Source: Mesotaenium endlicherianum (taxonomy: Eukaryota). From it: a stretch of 64,000 bases of DNA. The translations under genes and the position numbers were made by a program. The stretch spans positions 80,601 through 144,600 of the forward strand of contig WELA01001907.1 of assembly GCA_009602735.1 (NCBI GenBank). Reading direction: 5' to 3'. This document shows, in pieces, positions 48,550 through 61,700 of the stretch. The notes under the pieces are model-generated. The model ran no database searches. It was not told where the DNA came from and worked only from the letters and a program-made list of their open reading frames with translations. The stretch's first letter is position 1, and each line of letters begins with the position of its first letter.

Positions 48550-49929
48550 GATTGTAGAGCAAAGGAACTGCAACTGAAACATATATGAAAGACATTGTGC
48601 TCCACAAAACAAAACAGCTTCATGTGTGCAAAGCTGTCAATTCTGCAATATTTTGCAACTAATAATTCATTTTTAATTATTTTAACTCATTATTTTGTAT
48701 ATAAATATTTTTTTGTAAGTAAAGTAAGACCTTACTTTCAAGCTCCACTTGACAGATTACTATTTGCATGTGTAAAGAATAAATTGTGAATTATTAACTG
48801 TGATGCTTTGGTGCATGAGGCACTAAAAAGTACGAAAAATACCCGGACCCCATATGGTCCACTAAGTACAGAGTGTGCCTCCACAAAGCTACTGATTAGA
48901 ATGAAGTGAAATTTGTTTCATATGATAGGTAAGACACATGCCTACCCCAGATTAAATCAACAACTACTGGTTCAAATCCAAATTCATAGTGTGTGAAGGT
49001 AAAGTTGGCCCTATTTGCTCGTTTCTTATTACCGTACACACCTAGTACGGAAAGTACACCTTACCTTTCCGAAAATTGCGGGCCACATGGCCAGTGCAAT
49101 ACTTTGTGATGTAAGCTCTCTAATGGTCTATCACACATAGTCATAGCTTCAGTGGTTATTTCAATATAGTGTGACTTAGGGGGTGCATTATTGGACCATA
49201 TATGGTCTTTTCCTTGGGAGACCTAGTGTTAAGCGATCTGGCCCGTTAGAATGAACTCAAACCTTCACGTAAGTTCGGCTGACGTGGAGTGCCGACTAGG
49301 TCGATTTACCTGGAAGTTTTGGTTTAGCCTAGCGCGTCTACGATAGAATATTCTAGTAATGTTGTTGCATGTATGTGGACGTCAATTCGGCCCGACACGT
49401 GAGATTAGACTGATCTGGCTCACTCACGAATATTCCGGAAGGGACAATTTGACGAACACTTAGGAAAATCCGTAGCTTCCTCCTAGAGCGGAGCACTTAG
49501 GCAAAACATTATAAATAGGCATTACTTCTTTGTTTCTTATCAGTTTTCACTTCTGTAAATTTCTACGGGTTTGTAATGACAAGGCCTTTCATCCTACATC
49601 ATTTGTGAGCAGTTTCTTGCTACTCAAAATGTTGAGTAATTTTCCTAAGTTTTCTTAGTGATATGCCGCTGCACTCTTTAGTATGATTGCAACTAGTTCC
49701 TTTCCTCGTGAGTTACTACGCTTCCACTAGGGCACTCTGCCCCTTTCACCTGTGGACAAGAGTTTTGTTTCTCTATCTTATTAAAGAAAGTACAAGTTGA
49801 GGTCCTGTACGATATACTCTGGTACCCCGAATCTTCTTACAACAAATATTTCCGCCATATTGTTGCATTAGCTCTCTACACATGCTGCCAGATCATCTCT
49901 TTTAGCACCTCTTATTGTACACAGGCCTT

Positions 49930-51094
49930 TGGCACTCCTCTTGCTCCCGCCTTGTTCAATCCACAGCAAGCAGCTCCTCAGCACGCAGGTCCCGGGGCTT
50001 TGGTTTGTAATCAAAGTTTGCTCAGTGCAAATGAAACGGGTGACAATGTATCTTCCAGTGGCCCCAATATTGGCATGCTATCATCCCTCACAAGCGCACC
50101 AGTTTCTTCAACTGACAATCATGTGTAGACCTACCCTCGTGCAAATGTTCACGAGAGGTGCACCATTGATGCTGAACTCTTGAGATATGCGTGCATCAGC
50201 GAACTTGCGTCAGCAGGGAGTCCAATCCATTTTTTGCCCACCTGAGCTTGTCGTCTCTGCCTCACCCCGCTGTGTTGCCGTGTTCTCTTCTTCCACGGAG
50301 GACACGCGGCGTTCCTTTTGCTGCTGGTTCTTCTTAGTTGTTGGAGCAGCAGAACTCCCGCCTAAAGTTGCAGCCTGCTTCATTTTCTTGTTTGTCTCGG
50401 TTGACTTCCTAGCTGGAGGCCTCCTACGTGGGGGCGCTTTGGATATTGGCGTCCTTTTCTTTAAACTGGTTGAATACGTTCCGCAGGAGCCTCCCTCCGG
50501 AGTATTCTTCTCTGCAGTCACAGGTCCCAGCATCAGAGTGTCGCTTGCGCTGACAGGGCCTGCTCATTTCTTGCTTGTGATCTATCAGCCAACACAAGAG
50601 GGCCTGAGAATGCTACAATGTGCATGAGCATGCAGATAGAGTACAAATGAAGTGAGACACTACCAATTTTGCACCTACTCACCATGTGCAGAGTCTACAA
50701 GTTTTTTGTTGAGGTCGGAGTCTCTGTTCTGTGGAGACTTCTTGTTGTTGCAATCTCCCCTCTCTTGTTGATAGCCGTCCTTGCTCTTCCCCCACATTGG
50801 GACTGAAATGGCAACCTCTTCTTTACGTGGAATGCCTGCACTCATAACATGGAAGTTGAGCCCTTTCTAAGATCGTGTGGCCAACAAGCAGAGTCAGTTG
50901 GCAATTTCGCATGCACATGCTCTCAAGGTGGCAAGAGGCTGTGTACCTCTCATGGAGTTTTGGCTTTTTCTTGTTGGCAATTGTGGCCGGGGACAGATTT
51001 GGGTTCCCTGCCGGTCCCTTGTACACCGGTGCTTCTGTTAACGGGGATGCCAGCCTCCTCTTCTGCTCCATTAACTGCAAACATACGAATAGCA

Positions 51095-51167
<73 letters not shown>

Positions 51168-51180
51168 NNNNNNNNNNNNN

Positions 51181-51228
<48 letters not shown>

Positions 51229-51800
51229 GGGCCACTGCTAAGCTAACAAGCGGACCAAAGGAATTGAGCAACACAGGGCATTTCACACATGCACTTAAGC
51301 TGCACAGATCATGTACCTTGCATGGCCAAGCGGGCCCCCTCCTTCACCTTCTCGCTCCACTTTCACAAACTTGGGCCCGTGTGCTTGTGAAACTCTACCA
51401 CCATAGTGTTACCTTCCGCCAACCAAGGCCTCAAGTTCTCTATTGCCTGCCTCCCCCGTTTAAGTCTCGACTCGGCTTGTCGCTCCTCAAGAGCCCGTCT
51501 TCCAAAGCATTCTTGAGTTTCCTCAAGCCCTTTGTACAAGGCATGCCAATCCAAGGCTTCGTGTCTCTGCTGAAGGCTCAAACTCTCATCACAAAACTGT
51601 AGGAGGTACAACTCTGAATGATAAGCCATAATTTTGGGCAATTGATACTTTCTTTAAGAGAACAGAGGAAGAACTAACCTTCGCATTCTTTCTTACTACT
51701 GATATTAGCGTTGGACTTGTTGTCGTTGCTCTTGTTGTCCATCGTTGAGATGGCAATGAACGCCATTCTTTGCCTGTCAACCACCCTTCCTGCATGAAGC
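49930..51800 (-). pseudogene. Decayed multi-exon gene of unknown function
   Basis: Minus-strand ORF fragments 51363-51641, 50823-51080 and 50210-50533 with intron-like spacers (one holds the (GA)n tract). Confidence 0.3.
51098..51226. repeat. (GA)n microsatellite containing a 13-N gap
   Basis: Seen directly. Confidence 0.98.
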
Positions 51801-52488
51801 AGGATTAAGCAGCATGCACAGCATGCAGAGAGCTAACTTCCAGTACCTTTCTTTATTGTCCAAAAGTGACAGTCGCTAATGGAAATTACTCCAAATGAGC
51901 TCGCCATTTCCCGACTCCCAAACGTGAGCGAAACTCGCACGGAGGACAACGCACGATAACTCACATTTTGCTCGCATAAATGTCATGACGTCTGCGACAC
52001 GTCACAACGGAATAATTTGTGTGCCCTTCACATTTGTTACACTCCTCCCAGAATACGACGATACGTGTCAGTGAATGCACATGCGTTGTGTGTGCAGTTG
52101 TGAGTGTTGCGAGCGTCGTGGTCGAATGTTGTGACCGTCAAATGAAATTGCTGGAGAGGAACGGACCAGATAGTTGGTCACGTGCCGTGACGAATTCTTT
52201 GTCTCCGATCCTTTTTTTCACGGAATTAAAACGGTCACGTCATTGCCAAAAATTTGCAGCGTACTAAAAATTGGTCGGCCCGAAACTTCCAGGCAATCAA
52301 TCAATAACATGAAAAAAATACGGCACCTACCCGTAGGCAAATAATAAATTGCCTTGTATCAGGTGAAGACAATAATAATCTTGCCTTCACCAAGGAGATA
52401 CCAGTTGAGGCGTCTTGTTCACGAGTAAAACTGTAGTTTTTGGGTGAATGCATAAGGGGTACACTTAACCAAGAGGACAGGAGTTGTT

Positions 52489-55400
52489 GTGGAGATGCCA
52501 AGGATATTGGACAGTGGTAAAGCACCACATCAGAACGAGAAAGTACAATGCACTCAGTGTGGAGAATGGATAAGGTATAGAGTGGTTCGTCATCATGCCT
52601 GTAAAGCTGAATCAGCAGATGAAGAAGCATTGCACAGAGAACAAGAGTGGGCAAGACATGTTGAAGAGAGTGATGAGAGAGTATGCCTTAGTCAACTAGC
52701 GGCAGATGAGGCACGCCGACAATTAAGGCAGCAAGAGAAAGATCTCAGGCAAGCGCAAATAGAAGCCTCAGAAGCAGCGCGCAAGGATGCTTTAAGAGCA
52801 CAAGAGGCAGCCAAAAGACTAAGTGATTTAGCACTACAGGCAGAGGTACGGGAACAACAGGCAGCTGTGCGGGCATCGGAGAGAGCTACCGAGGCTGCAG
52901 TACACGCAGCAAGAAATTTAGCTTTGAATCGTAGTGACGAAATCATATTAGAGGCCACAGAGGAAGAGTGGGGGAAGTTCAAAAGCGCGACGAGCTTGTG
53001 CAAGTGTGGCTACAAGATCTTGCACAATGTAGGTACTACAAAAACCAAGCCACCGACAGAGGCTTGGAGGTTGAATAGTGAGTTCTACAAAGCAGAGGAC
53101 AAAAAAAGGTGCTTGATTGACGACATACACAAGACAAAAGCCAAATTTCACAAGCATGGTGTGCGAGAAACCTTGTTGCCGAGCGAGGAGAAGCTATGGT
53201 CCAAGCTTGTTAGGGAAAGTCTGGCGGAGATGGCGGGGGACGATTTATTGGGCAGGGAGATCCACTTCAAGCCTGAGGTGTTAGTGGACGCAGAGATGAC
53301 GGGGCTCTACAATTTCCCATATGTAACTGGCCATCCGTTCTTTCGGGAATACAGCTGTCGAGTGCACACAGGGGGGGAGGAAATGAAGGTGGCCTTGGGG
53401 AACTCCTGGTTATGAGCCCACAAGTAGCAAGTATATCACTGCGACCCCTGGTTGCCACATCGCATATTAGCCATGGGAGTCTGGGAGTACAACTTGCAGT
53501 GTGCCTAGGCATTCCTTCTCCTCAATTATTCTTTCACTTGTCATTAATGACAAGGACCTTCCTGCATGCGCAGGTGCCGCGGGCCGGGAGTTGATGGTCT
53601 TGGTGCATGAGATCTTGTTGACTGACAGCAGCCAACCAGATAAATAGCCCGTCATAAGTGCTCACGTGATGCACAAGGGCACGGGGAGCTCTTGCTCACT
53701 GAGGAGCCCATGACAGTGGACCCTAGCCTCGTTCAGCGCACCTGCAAAGTCGTTCATGGTGCACCACCATCGGGAGGGAACTTGGGGGAAGTAGGTTGGG
53801 AGCGGTCGGAACACGGTTGGGTAGTGGAAGGCAAGGAGACCTACTGGTGTGTAAATGCTCTTGAACAAAAGAATGAGGGAGTTTTCAAGAGGGTAACGGC
53901 ACCAGCTGTGAACTTCCAGCTGGGTACCCCAGACGCCAATTGGGAGGCACACAATCCCAAGGAACCTGCCCGTAGTGAACTTGGCCATATTGCTGTTCAT
54001 GGATGCTTTCAAGACCTTCAAAAGAAAGGGTCAGAGTGTCACGGGGCACTACTACCGCTTGCAAAATTTGGATAGCAGTGTCATCAAGGATACCAGCATC
54101 ATTAGGGTCATTGCATTCAGCAGCAAGGACTCTAGGGATGGTGAGGTGCTCGAGTACCTCGTGAGGGAAGACCTGAAGCAACTACAGGAGGGCGTGGAGA
54201 TGTATTTCGCTCCACTCAAGCAAGCGTGTCTGGTGAGGGTGATAACGCTATAATGTCAAGATTTCCCACAGAGGACTAAGAGTATGATGATGAAGGGGCA
54301 GTCTTCCAACTTCCCGTGCCCCGTGTGTACCGTACACAACAACGGGCTCCAAGAATGGAACTTGACGTTGAATGATGTTGTGTCGCGTACTAAGGAAGAG
54401 TCCAGGCGTTACAGGGTGAAGGTCGGGGAGGCGCGTGAGGAAGCAGCAGCTAAGAAGAGATCGTGGGAAGAGGCCAGAGAGGAGTTGCTGGCTGAAAAAA
54501 ATGGGGAGAGAATAAAGAGGGAGTGTGAGGCGGATGTGAAGAGGTTGAAGGCAGTTCATGCAACGTCTGCAAAGAGGTTGGATGGAGTGGAAAAAGGTCA
54601 CAAGGGCTATGGATGGGAGAAGAGTCCATTGGAAGAACTGCCCGGGTGGAATTGCATACTCCAGATGCCTTTGGAGTCTTTTCACCTGTTCGCACTACTT
54701 ATCACAAAGGCGTTGGCATAGAACACATTAAGGAGTGCGGCGCACTGTGCTTGGACGCCTTTTGAGAAAATGGCGTTCAACTACAGGGCCGACACGGCAA
54801 GGGTAAACAGAGGCGACGACAAGGTGAAGAAGCCCATGTACGATCACGGCACTTACACAGGGATGACATTCATGGCCCTCGCAACCCCTCATGCCTGCCT
54901 TGCTACGACCTTTCTGTCATCCGAGGGTGCAGACGCTTTACATAGAACAGACCTACTTCAACACAAACAAGTACAAGCACAGGCTGAAGGCACTGAAGCT
55001 TTGGGTGAAGCTGTGCAAGCTCATACAGATTTGCTTAGCATCCTCCCTTAGCCAGAGGGACGTTGACAAGATAGAGAGGCTAGCAGAGGACTACCACAGA
55101 GACTTTGTAGAGGCATTCCCTGCGCGAGAGGCCGATGCCGAGGCAGGGGTCACGGCTCAGCTCAACGGCGCAAGTCACAACATGCATTCTCTGCTACATT
55201 ACAGCCCTGGCTTGAAGCAGTACGGCCCTAAGGTTCACCTATGGGGCCAGTCCTTTGAGAGCGAGCACAAGTAGGTGAAGAACAACATGCCGACTCTCAA
55301 TAACAGGAGTTGCCAGGACAGATCCAAGTGGCTGCTGTGTAGGACTCTGGAGAGAATGTGCACGATGAACATCTTCAGGGGCCACGATCACACAGTCACT

Positions 55401-56510
55401 CGGCTGATGGGAATGGCCGACCATGTGGTGGAGGCAGTGAGAGGAAGTAGTTTTATGAGAAGAATCAGTGCCGTGGGACCTCATGCGGGAGAAGCAAACA
55501 CACGTCTGGTGCAGAACAGCGAGGCCGCCGGATCCAGGGAGGTCTATATGCGGGTGCAGGTGGCTTCAGTCTTGCTCTGCCATGGGGCTATCGGTAACTG
55601 GTGTTGCTCCTATACCTGCCTGCTTCATATTGCATATTCTCGTCGCATGCAATCTGCAAGTCTATTGTGCATGCCATCGACATGGGTGGGAAAGCTTGAG
55701 GCATGCAAAGTGGTGATGAATGATTCTCATTCTGTTCCTCCCTCGAATTGCAAGTGTGCAGCCGGATAGAGAAACACCGAGACCGTTCCTTTGTGGAGTT
55801 GGAGACAATAGGACTCACAAAGCAGGACGTGGAGTGGAAGTACCGCTCGCTCTTGGGGTCCGACGAAAAGGTCCTGGGTGATGGGCCGCTAGGAGGACGG
55901 GAGCCGGCAGATTGTCTCTGCCAAAGAATGGATTGATGGGCGCATATACATGTGCCAGAAGGCTTCCAAGGGAGGGCCCAAGGAGACCTTCAGAGTGGGG
56001 GATCACGTGTCAGTGGCCGCAAACGGCTTAGCCACAGGAGTCGAGAGAAAGAACAGGCAGGTGTGGGTTGCCAGAGTGGAGAGACTCTTTGTGCACGTCA
56101 TGCACCTCATCCCTCATCCCATGGACAGGCGGGAGAACCCCGGGGGAACCACGGAGTATTTATGGGCTCTGATGAGGCGGCTCAAGCCTGTACGCGATTG
56201 GGGAGGACGCTTGGTGATCGACGAGTTCACTTTGCATCCGGCCTTCACGCTAGAGGCGGATACAGTCGTCATACCGGCGTCCCAAATCATTGCAGCAGTG
56301 CAAGTGGAAATGTACTGCTGGGAGACGGAGGATCTACCCGGGTACGTCATCAGAAATGATAAGAAGGACATCGGTCGAGATGTCAACGAAGGGTGGGCCC
56401 TTGCCAGGACAAGCTGTGCCGTGTGGAGAGAGTGCAAGTTGCACAGGAAGTTGGTGGCTAAAGGCGGTGCAGAGAACCCCCGTGTGTTAAAACGGGCGGG
56501 TGTATATTGA
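52489..56510 (+). pseudogene. Decayed CACTA/EnSpm (CMC; Plavaka-like) transposase
   Basis: VRVITL*CQDFP...KGQSSNFPCPVC (D-P...G...CxxC), MPLESFHLF (D/ExxH), HNMHSLLHY...QYGP...WGQSFESEH, C-terminal WVARVERLFVH...WALMR, N-terminal CTQC...H..C. Multiple stops and frameshifts. Confidence 0.7.
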
Positions 56511-56749
56511 AAATGATACACAATGCCGACTCGTGCAACAAATTTCTTCTCAACCAATTCCACAGCCGCGCACCAAAGCTGCTTCAAATTGAGGACTATA
56601 TACGTAGTTGATTAAGCAAGTAGATTACTCTCAGAGGCAACACAGCATACGAGTAGTGTTTGGCGCTGTTGCGAGATGTGCGTATGCAATCAGTTAGACT
56701 ATAAATTCCCTACAGAGCTACAAGAAAGGCAATTTGTTGACATTCACTT

Positions 56750-57280
56750 GACGTTAGAAGATGTGGGATACCCGAGCATAGGGTACAGAACCTCAACTTA
56801 TATATACATTTTAATCAATTAATGAGTTCTCTTGTCGACAGCAGCAGGTGTAATATTCGATTATTTAGTAGTGACATAGTGACTGTAAATGCTTCATTTA
56901 GTGCAGCACAGTAACACAAGTACAAACACATAGTTTCTAAGATTATATTGCTTGTTGTTATTGGTGACTCAACATCACACAACCACACATGTGTACACAT
57001 GAAAGTACATTTGTTACTTCTCCACTGCATAAGACCCTCAAGAGCCTGAAAATTCCCTACACAATGGAGGAAAAAAGGTTGGTACTCTGTAGCAACAAGG
57101 CGCCGACATCTCTAACACAAGCATCTCAAAAGCATATGTACAAATTTCCAATTCACACAGTAGTAGTGCAACTAACGCAACCTGCCTTAAAATCAACATC
57201 AAGTATTATACAAGGAGCTCGCAGAGGGGCCATGTAACTCTAAGGTGCCTACATATACAACTATTAGGCCCTCTAAGTCC
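56750..57280 (-). repeat. Intergenic/3'-end module, inverted homologue of 31995-32439 + 49754-49850
   Basis: See partner feature; the ORF track shows the matching peptides CSNKAPT.LTQASQK.MYK. Confidence 0.85.
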
Positions 57281-57772
57281 ACGTGCTATTGACATGCATT
57301 TGCATCACACAGCTTTTATTTACAACAGAGACCTCTCATCCACGGTACGGCCAAACTTGAGGTTCAAGGTGCACATTCCCCGCAATAGTTTCCATCCGAG
57401 CACGTGCACTACTCCTCACTCCAGTCAAGGAGGTCCACTCAGTCCCTCTCATCCCAATCTTCACCTTCAGAGGGCTCGGTCTGACCGCCTACTGACATTC
57501 CGGCGCTTTCAGTGCCTGAGGCTGAAATTGCCCTGTCCACTGCAACAAAACTTCATAAACTTAAGCTTTGATTAAAAATAGCGATGCATGTGCTAACTTT
57601 AGGCATTGGAGGCACAAACATCATGGAGGAGGAAGACCTATCCTATTTCTTCATTTGGTCCTCGGTATGTTCACAAGCATCATGGATATCTAAGTGAAGG
57701 CCCGTCAGGTGGAGACATATTACACGTTTTCAGTGCAAGCAAGATCACACAAGCCTACCACTGGTCTTGTTG

Positions 57773-58909
57773 TCAATGAATTCTCGCTGACCACGCGTGC
57801 GTACACCAGCAAATAATGAGCTTCCCGTTGGAAGCTGTTGCCCCATTGAAGGAAACATAGTCAGCAGTAGCAGCAGGAGCAGCAAGAGCGGGACCAACAG
57901 CAGCCTCAGCATTGGCAACAGTGGTATCACCAGGGACGGCATCGGCGACAGCAGCAGGAGCAGGCAACACTTCAGCGGGAACAGATGCAGGAGCGCAGCA
58001 GGAGCAGCAACAGCAGCAGGGGATAATATTGAAGCTGTAGCAACAGCATGAGTCTGCAGCCACACCCAAGCGGCGATAGCAGCAGGAGAGCGGCATGACC
58101 AGCGGCTGCAGTGCCTTGGGAGGTGCTGGAAATAATACCTTACGCGAGCGCAAGATTGATGCGGGGGAAACCTCTCTGACAGCGCCAGCCACACGACGAG
58201 GATCGTGCTCTGCCCTTCCGGCCTCTTCAGCACCAACAGCGCGCCCGCGGAGCAGATGATCCACATTGATGTTGCATCGGCGCTCAGATACTTGTTCCTC
58301 CGTCAGGCACCTGCTATGCCTATACTCCTCAACGGCTGCAGTGTCAATGAGATAGGCCTCCATGATAGTGACCCCCACTGTCCAAGGCTCCTTATTCATA
58401 TCATGCAAGTTGGCCACTCTTTTAATCCTCGGACGGCACACCAGCGTACACTTTATATTGCACTTGGTGAATTTCAACACCTCCCCAATGGATAACTCCT
58501 CTGAGCGATCCTTATACTCCGCCTTGAACTTCACTGGATAACCACGCGGCATCGCAGTGCGGCTAAAGTAGTGCCTACTCCCCCCCTCCATGATCACACA
58601 GCAGCCGTGTGACAGAGCACCTTCACACACCATAGCATGGAAGTCCTCAGGATACCCCAGAATCAGGTATGTGATATCGTACGACGGTTTCTTCACATAC
58701 TTGATTCTGGCGTTGTCTACAACCAGCACACCAGTTTTATGGCTATTAGCTAGGCATTGGAAAATATTTGCAAATTGTGGGAGTTTGTCATCCTCTGTGC
58801 GCCCCAGATCCTGAACAGGACCTATGAAAATCCTTGCATATTTTGCGTACCCTGGTGTAAGGATGGGAGCACGTTCAACCACAGGGCCTCCTTGGGATCT
58901 ATAGGCCAT
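57773..58909 (-). CDS. Unknown protein (MAYRSQGG...; globular N-terminus, Ala/Pro-rich tail)
   Basis: Long open frame with protein-like composition and no recognisable motif; probably frameshifted or spliced at the 3' end. Confidence 0.5.
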   Translation of the reverse strand: MAYRSQGGPVVERAPILTPGYAKYARIFIGPVQDLGRTEDDKLPQFANIFQCLANSHKTGVLVVDNARIKYVKKPSYDITYLILGYPEDFHAMVCEGALSHGCCVIMEGGSRHYFSRTAMPRGYPVKFKAEYKDRSEELSIGEVLKFTKCNIKCTLVCRPRIKRVANLHDMNKEPWTVGVTIMEAYLIDTAAVEEYRHSRCLTEEQVSERRCNINVDHLLRGRAVGAEEAGRAEHDPRRVAGAVREVSPASILRSRKVLFPAPPKALQPLVMPLSCCYRRLGVAADSCCCYSFNIIPCCCCCSCCAPASVPAEVLPAPAAVADAVPGDTTVANAEAAVGPALAAPAATADYVSFNGATASNGKLIICWCTHAWSARIH

Positions 58910-59309
58910 ATTTGGAAGTGAGAGATGCCTAGAATGAAGGTAGCCGTAGGGGGAGGGAAGAAATAGGAGAGTGGAGGCCAGAGATTGTTGAAATGGCAAA
59001 AATTAAAGAAAGATGGAAGCCGGTGAACCCGTTTTGCATCCATCTTTTGCTTGATTGTCGCCATGCATGCTCGTGTTCAATCTTTGAGCTTTGAGCGGAG
59101 GTCTTCATATGCGCTTCATCACTCGTTGAGCTCAAGGCATGCACAGCATGCGCCATGCGGCATGCACATTTTTGGTGAAGGATGCAGTGCTCTTGAATCA
59201 CATTCGTTGGTTTCCTTCACGGTCTGCTTGAGACACGTATAATCGCTTAGCTTTTGTGAGTTGACGTCACGTCGGAAATGGACGCTATTGGACAGAAATT
59301 GAGCACAGA

Positions 59310-59740
59310 AGATGCGCCTCTTGTACGAAGTATCACATGGGCCAGTAGCATGAAGCCGTGGCTCGGCATGGCTCTGCACGTGCAATTTTTCTCGGGAGGG
59401 TATCGAAGGACAAGGTTGAAGGTTTGCCACAGTCCACGGTGGTCCACGTCGGCCACGTACCCTGTTTCTGGGTTACAAGAGGCCGAGTTTGACGATTGGA
59501 CGTGATCGGACGTAGCATGTGATGTCAAAGGTGACAAGAGGCGTTCAACCACGTTCGACGTCTGTGCAACAACCAACCAAGAGCGAGCAAAATATGGACT
59601 CGGTGTACCTCCAGACTTCGATTGACCGGAATATTGGGTCGGGCACAAGCCCTACATCGCGGAAGAGAATGACAACAAAATATCGTAATTGGCATAGACA
59701 TAACCGCCAAATGATGCAATATTTTGGCGGGTCACGGCTA
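59310..59740 (+). promoter_or_regulatory. Divergent intergenic module (candidate bidirectional promoter), homologous to 30405-30790
   Basis: Lies between head-to-head ORFs, is CpG-rich and has an inverted homologue at 30.4-30.8 kb. Function is inferred. Confidence 0.45.
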
Positions 59741-60094
59741 GTCGTTGGCCAATTTCATTTGTAGTTTTACTTCACTTAATTTGCAATTACATCACCTCCC
59801 AGGTGCCACTCGTGTTTGCGCCTACAGGTCATTGCATCTAACACGTAACAAGTTAGGTTTTGAAAGTTGAACACTGCCTCTGAGTTTCGCCATCTTAAAA
59901 TTCTCCCTCCATTATTTTGGCCAAAATGTAGGGCGTGTCAGGGATGATTGGCGACTTATGAACCCGGGTGGAGGACAATGGATTGTGGGGGTAGTATAAG
60001 GAGAACGTAACCTCCTTGGAAAGCAAAGAAACGGGCTCAAAATAAGGTAGTTAGATCACTAATCGAAGTATACGGCTAGAAATACCAGCGGCCA

Positions 60095-61700
60095 GTGAAA
60101 GAGGAAGGTAGTGTGAAGAAAAGGAGAAAGACTCACCCCAAGGTGAGCATTAAGGATCAGCATATGTTGGTTCAGGCTATCAACTTAGGCAAGAGTGTTC
60201 ACTTTCTTCACAAATACTTGAAGGCCAACACTATTTGCACCTCAGTGGGGCCATCGACAAGGCCCGAACCGGTCATTACCACCAGCAGTCTTCCTGAGGA
60301 GGATGAGGGAACACCGGAGGGAACACCAGAGTCGACATCGCCGCTGCCTGAGCAGAGCAAGAATGACATCATGCTGGACGACTTAAGAAATCGAGTTGCA
60401 GATCATGAGGTTGCTACAGACGATGAAGAAATATCAATGTCGGGTCGGCTCAAGGTCATTGATGCCAAAACTGATAGGAATTACAAGATAATGATACACA
60501 TGTGCACCGCTATATTTAATATTGCAGAGGATATCAACCACAAAAGTGGGGCCCCAAAGAGGCCTCCCAGGACACCTCTTGGGCCTAAGAAAAACAATCT
60601 GGTAAGTCTGCAATGTTTCAATTTTGCTCTGTTAGGTCAGGTTTGAGTTTCCACAGTGGTGGTCACAAATTCCTAATTTTCTTTCGATTTGTGCAGGCAG
60701 ACAGCTGTGCGAAAGTATTCAAACTAAAGCGGACCAGCACATGTGCATGGGTGGACATCGAGCTCAACAAAAACGCTATAGATCTTTACGCAGTGGAGGT
60801 CATCCAAAGGATGATGGTGCTAAGAGACGAGAGAACAACCAAGGTAGTGGACGATTGGACGGCGGGAAAGAAGCGTCTCATTCCAGACCTTGCTATGTGG
60901 TTCAAGCAGCATCCGATAGGAGCGCAGCTACACAAGGAGATCCAGGACGTGAGTGTCATCCTCTCAAACTAATGAGGAACCCATCCTTTCAAGCAATTCA
61001 TTTTATGTGAATGCACCTAAGTCTATTACTATCTCATCCTTCTCAATGCAGCTTGTTTGTTTCGAGCTTGCAGTTGTTGACTATTAAGTGGAGGAACAAT
61101 AGGGCGCTCATCACCCCAAAGATCAGTGCGCTCTTGAAGCTTCCAGAGTACGCGCTCGGCAAAGCTTAAACAGAGTTATCCGATGCAAAGAGGGAAGAGA
61201 TGGCCAGGCATCTGATCACTCATACGACACCCTGGAAGACCTTGATAAAAAACGTTGCAAAGGTCAACGACATGCAAGAAACACTGACGTCCATGGAATT
61301 GCTGATCATGGCCTTTATGAAGCCTGCAAGTACCATCTACTCTCGGGCCTGGCACGGTAATTCGGGTCCAATCTTAATGAAAGATTTGCTTGCTGACAGC
61401 TTCATTAACAATCCTGCATTTATCTTTTGTGCGGGTGTACACTCTACTATACAGCAAGCGGGGGCGGAGGGAGAAGTTGAGGAACCTTTGCAGATATCTA
61501 ACAAGCCTTTTTCAGGTGAGAAATAAAAACCCACTCTCTTGGCTAAATGGACATTGTACCTCGAGTTGGGCCATGCTGCTAAGGAGAGCGTTTGCTTGTG
61601 TGAATTTCAGGCAAAGATAACAAGCGCGGGGGTGCCACACTGACCACTTTGGAAGTGAAGCTCAAGAAGGAGCTTGTGAAGAAAAAGAAATAGAACAAAG
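60095..61700 (+). pseudogene. Multi-exon gene or pseudogene of unknown function
   Basis: ORF pieces linked by GT-AG introns (CTG|GTAAGT 60602...GCAG 60697; GAC|GTGAGT 60949...GCAG 61051; CAG|GTGAGA 61516...TCAG 61610). Confidence 0.5.

Larger units (their letters stand above)
47137..49228 (+). mobile_element. Internally deleted (non-autonomous) piggyBac-type DNA transposon, 2092 bp
   Basis: TTAA TSD (47133-47136 / 49229-49232), TIR CACTAGGT(A/C)TCCCA, subterminal palindrome GACCATATATGGTC near both ends. Confidence 0.93.
32440..49748 (+). mobile_element. Element C: degenerate Ty3/Gypsy chromovirus, with nested D and piggyBac
   Basis: LTRs 32440-33177 and 46909-49748 (split), perfect TSD CCTGT (32435-32439 / 49749-49753), PBS 33180-33191, PPT AGGAGGGGGATGA 46896-46908. 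Confidence 0.97.
46909..49748 (+). repeat. 3' LTR of element C, interrupted by piggyBac
   Basis: Two halves collinear with the 5' LTR. Confidence 0.95.
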
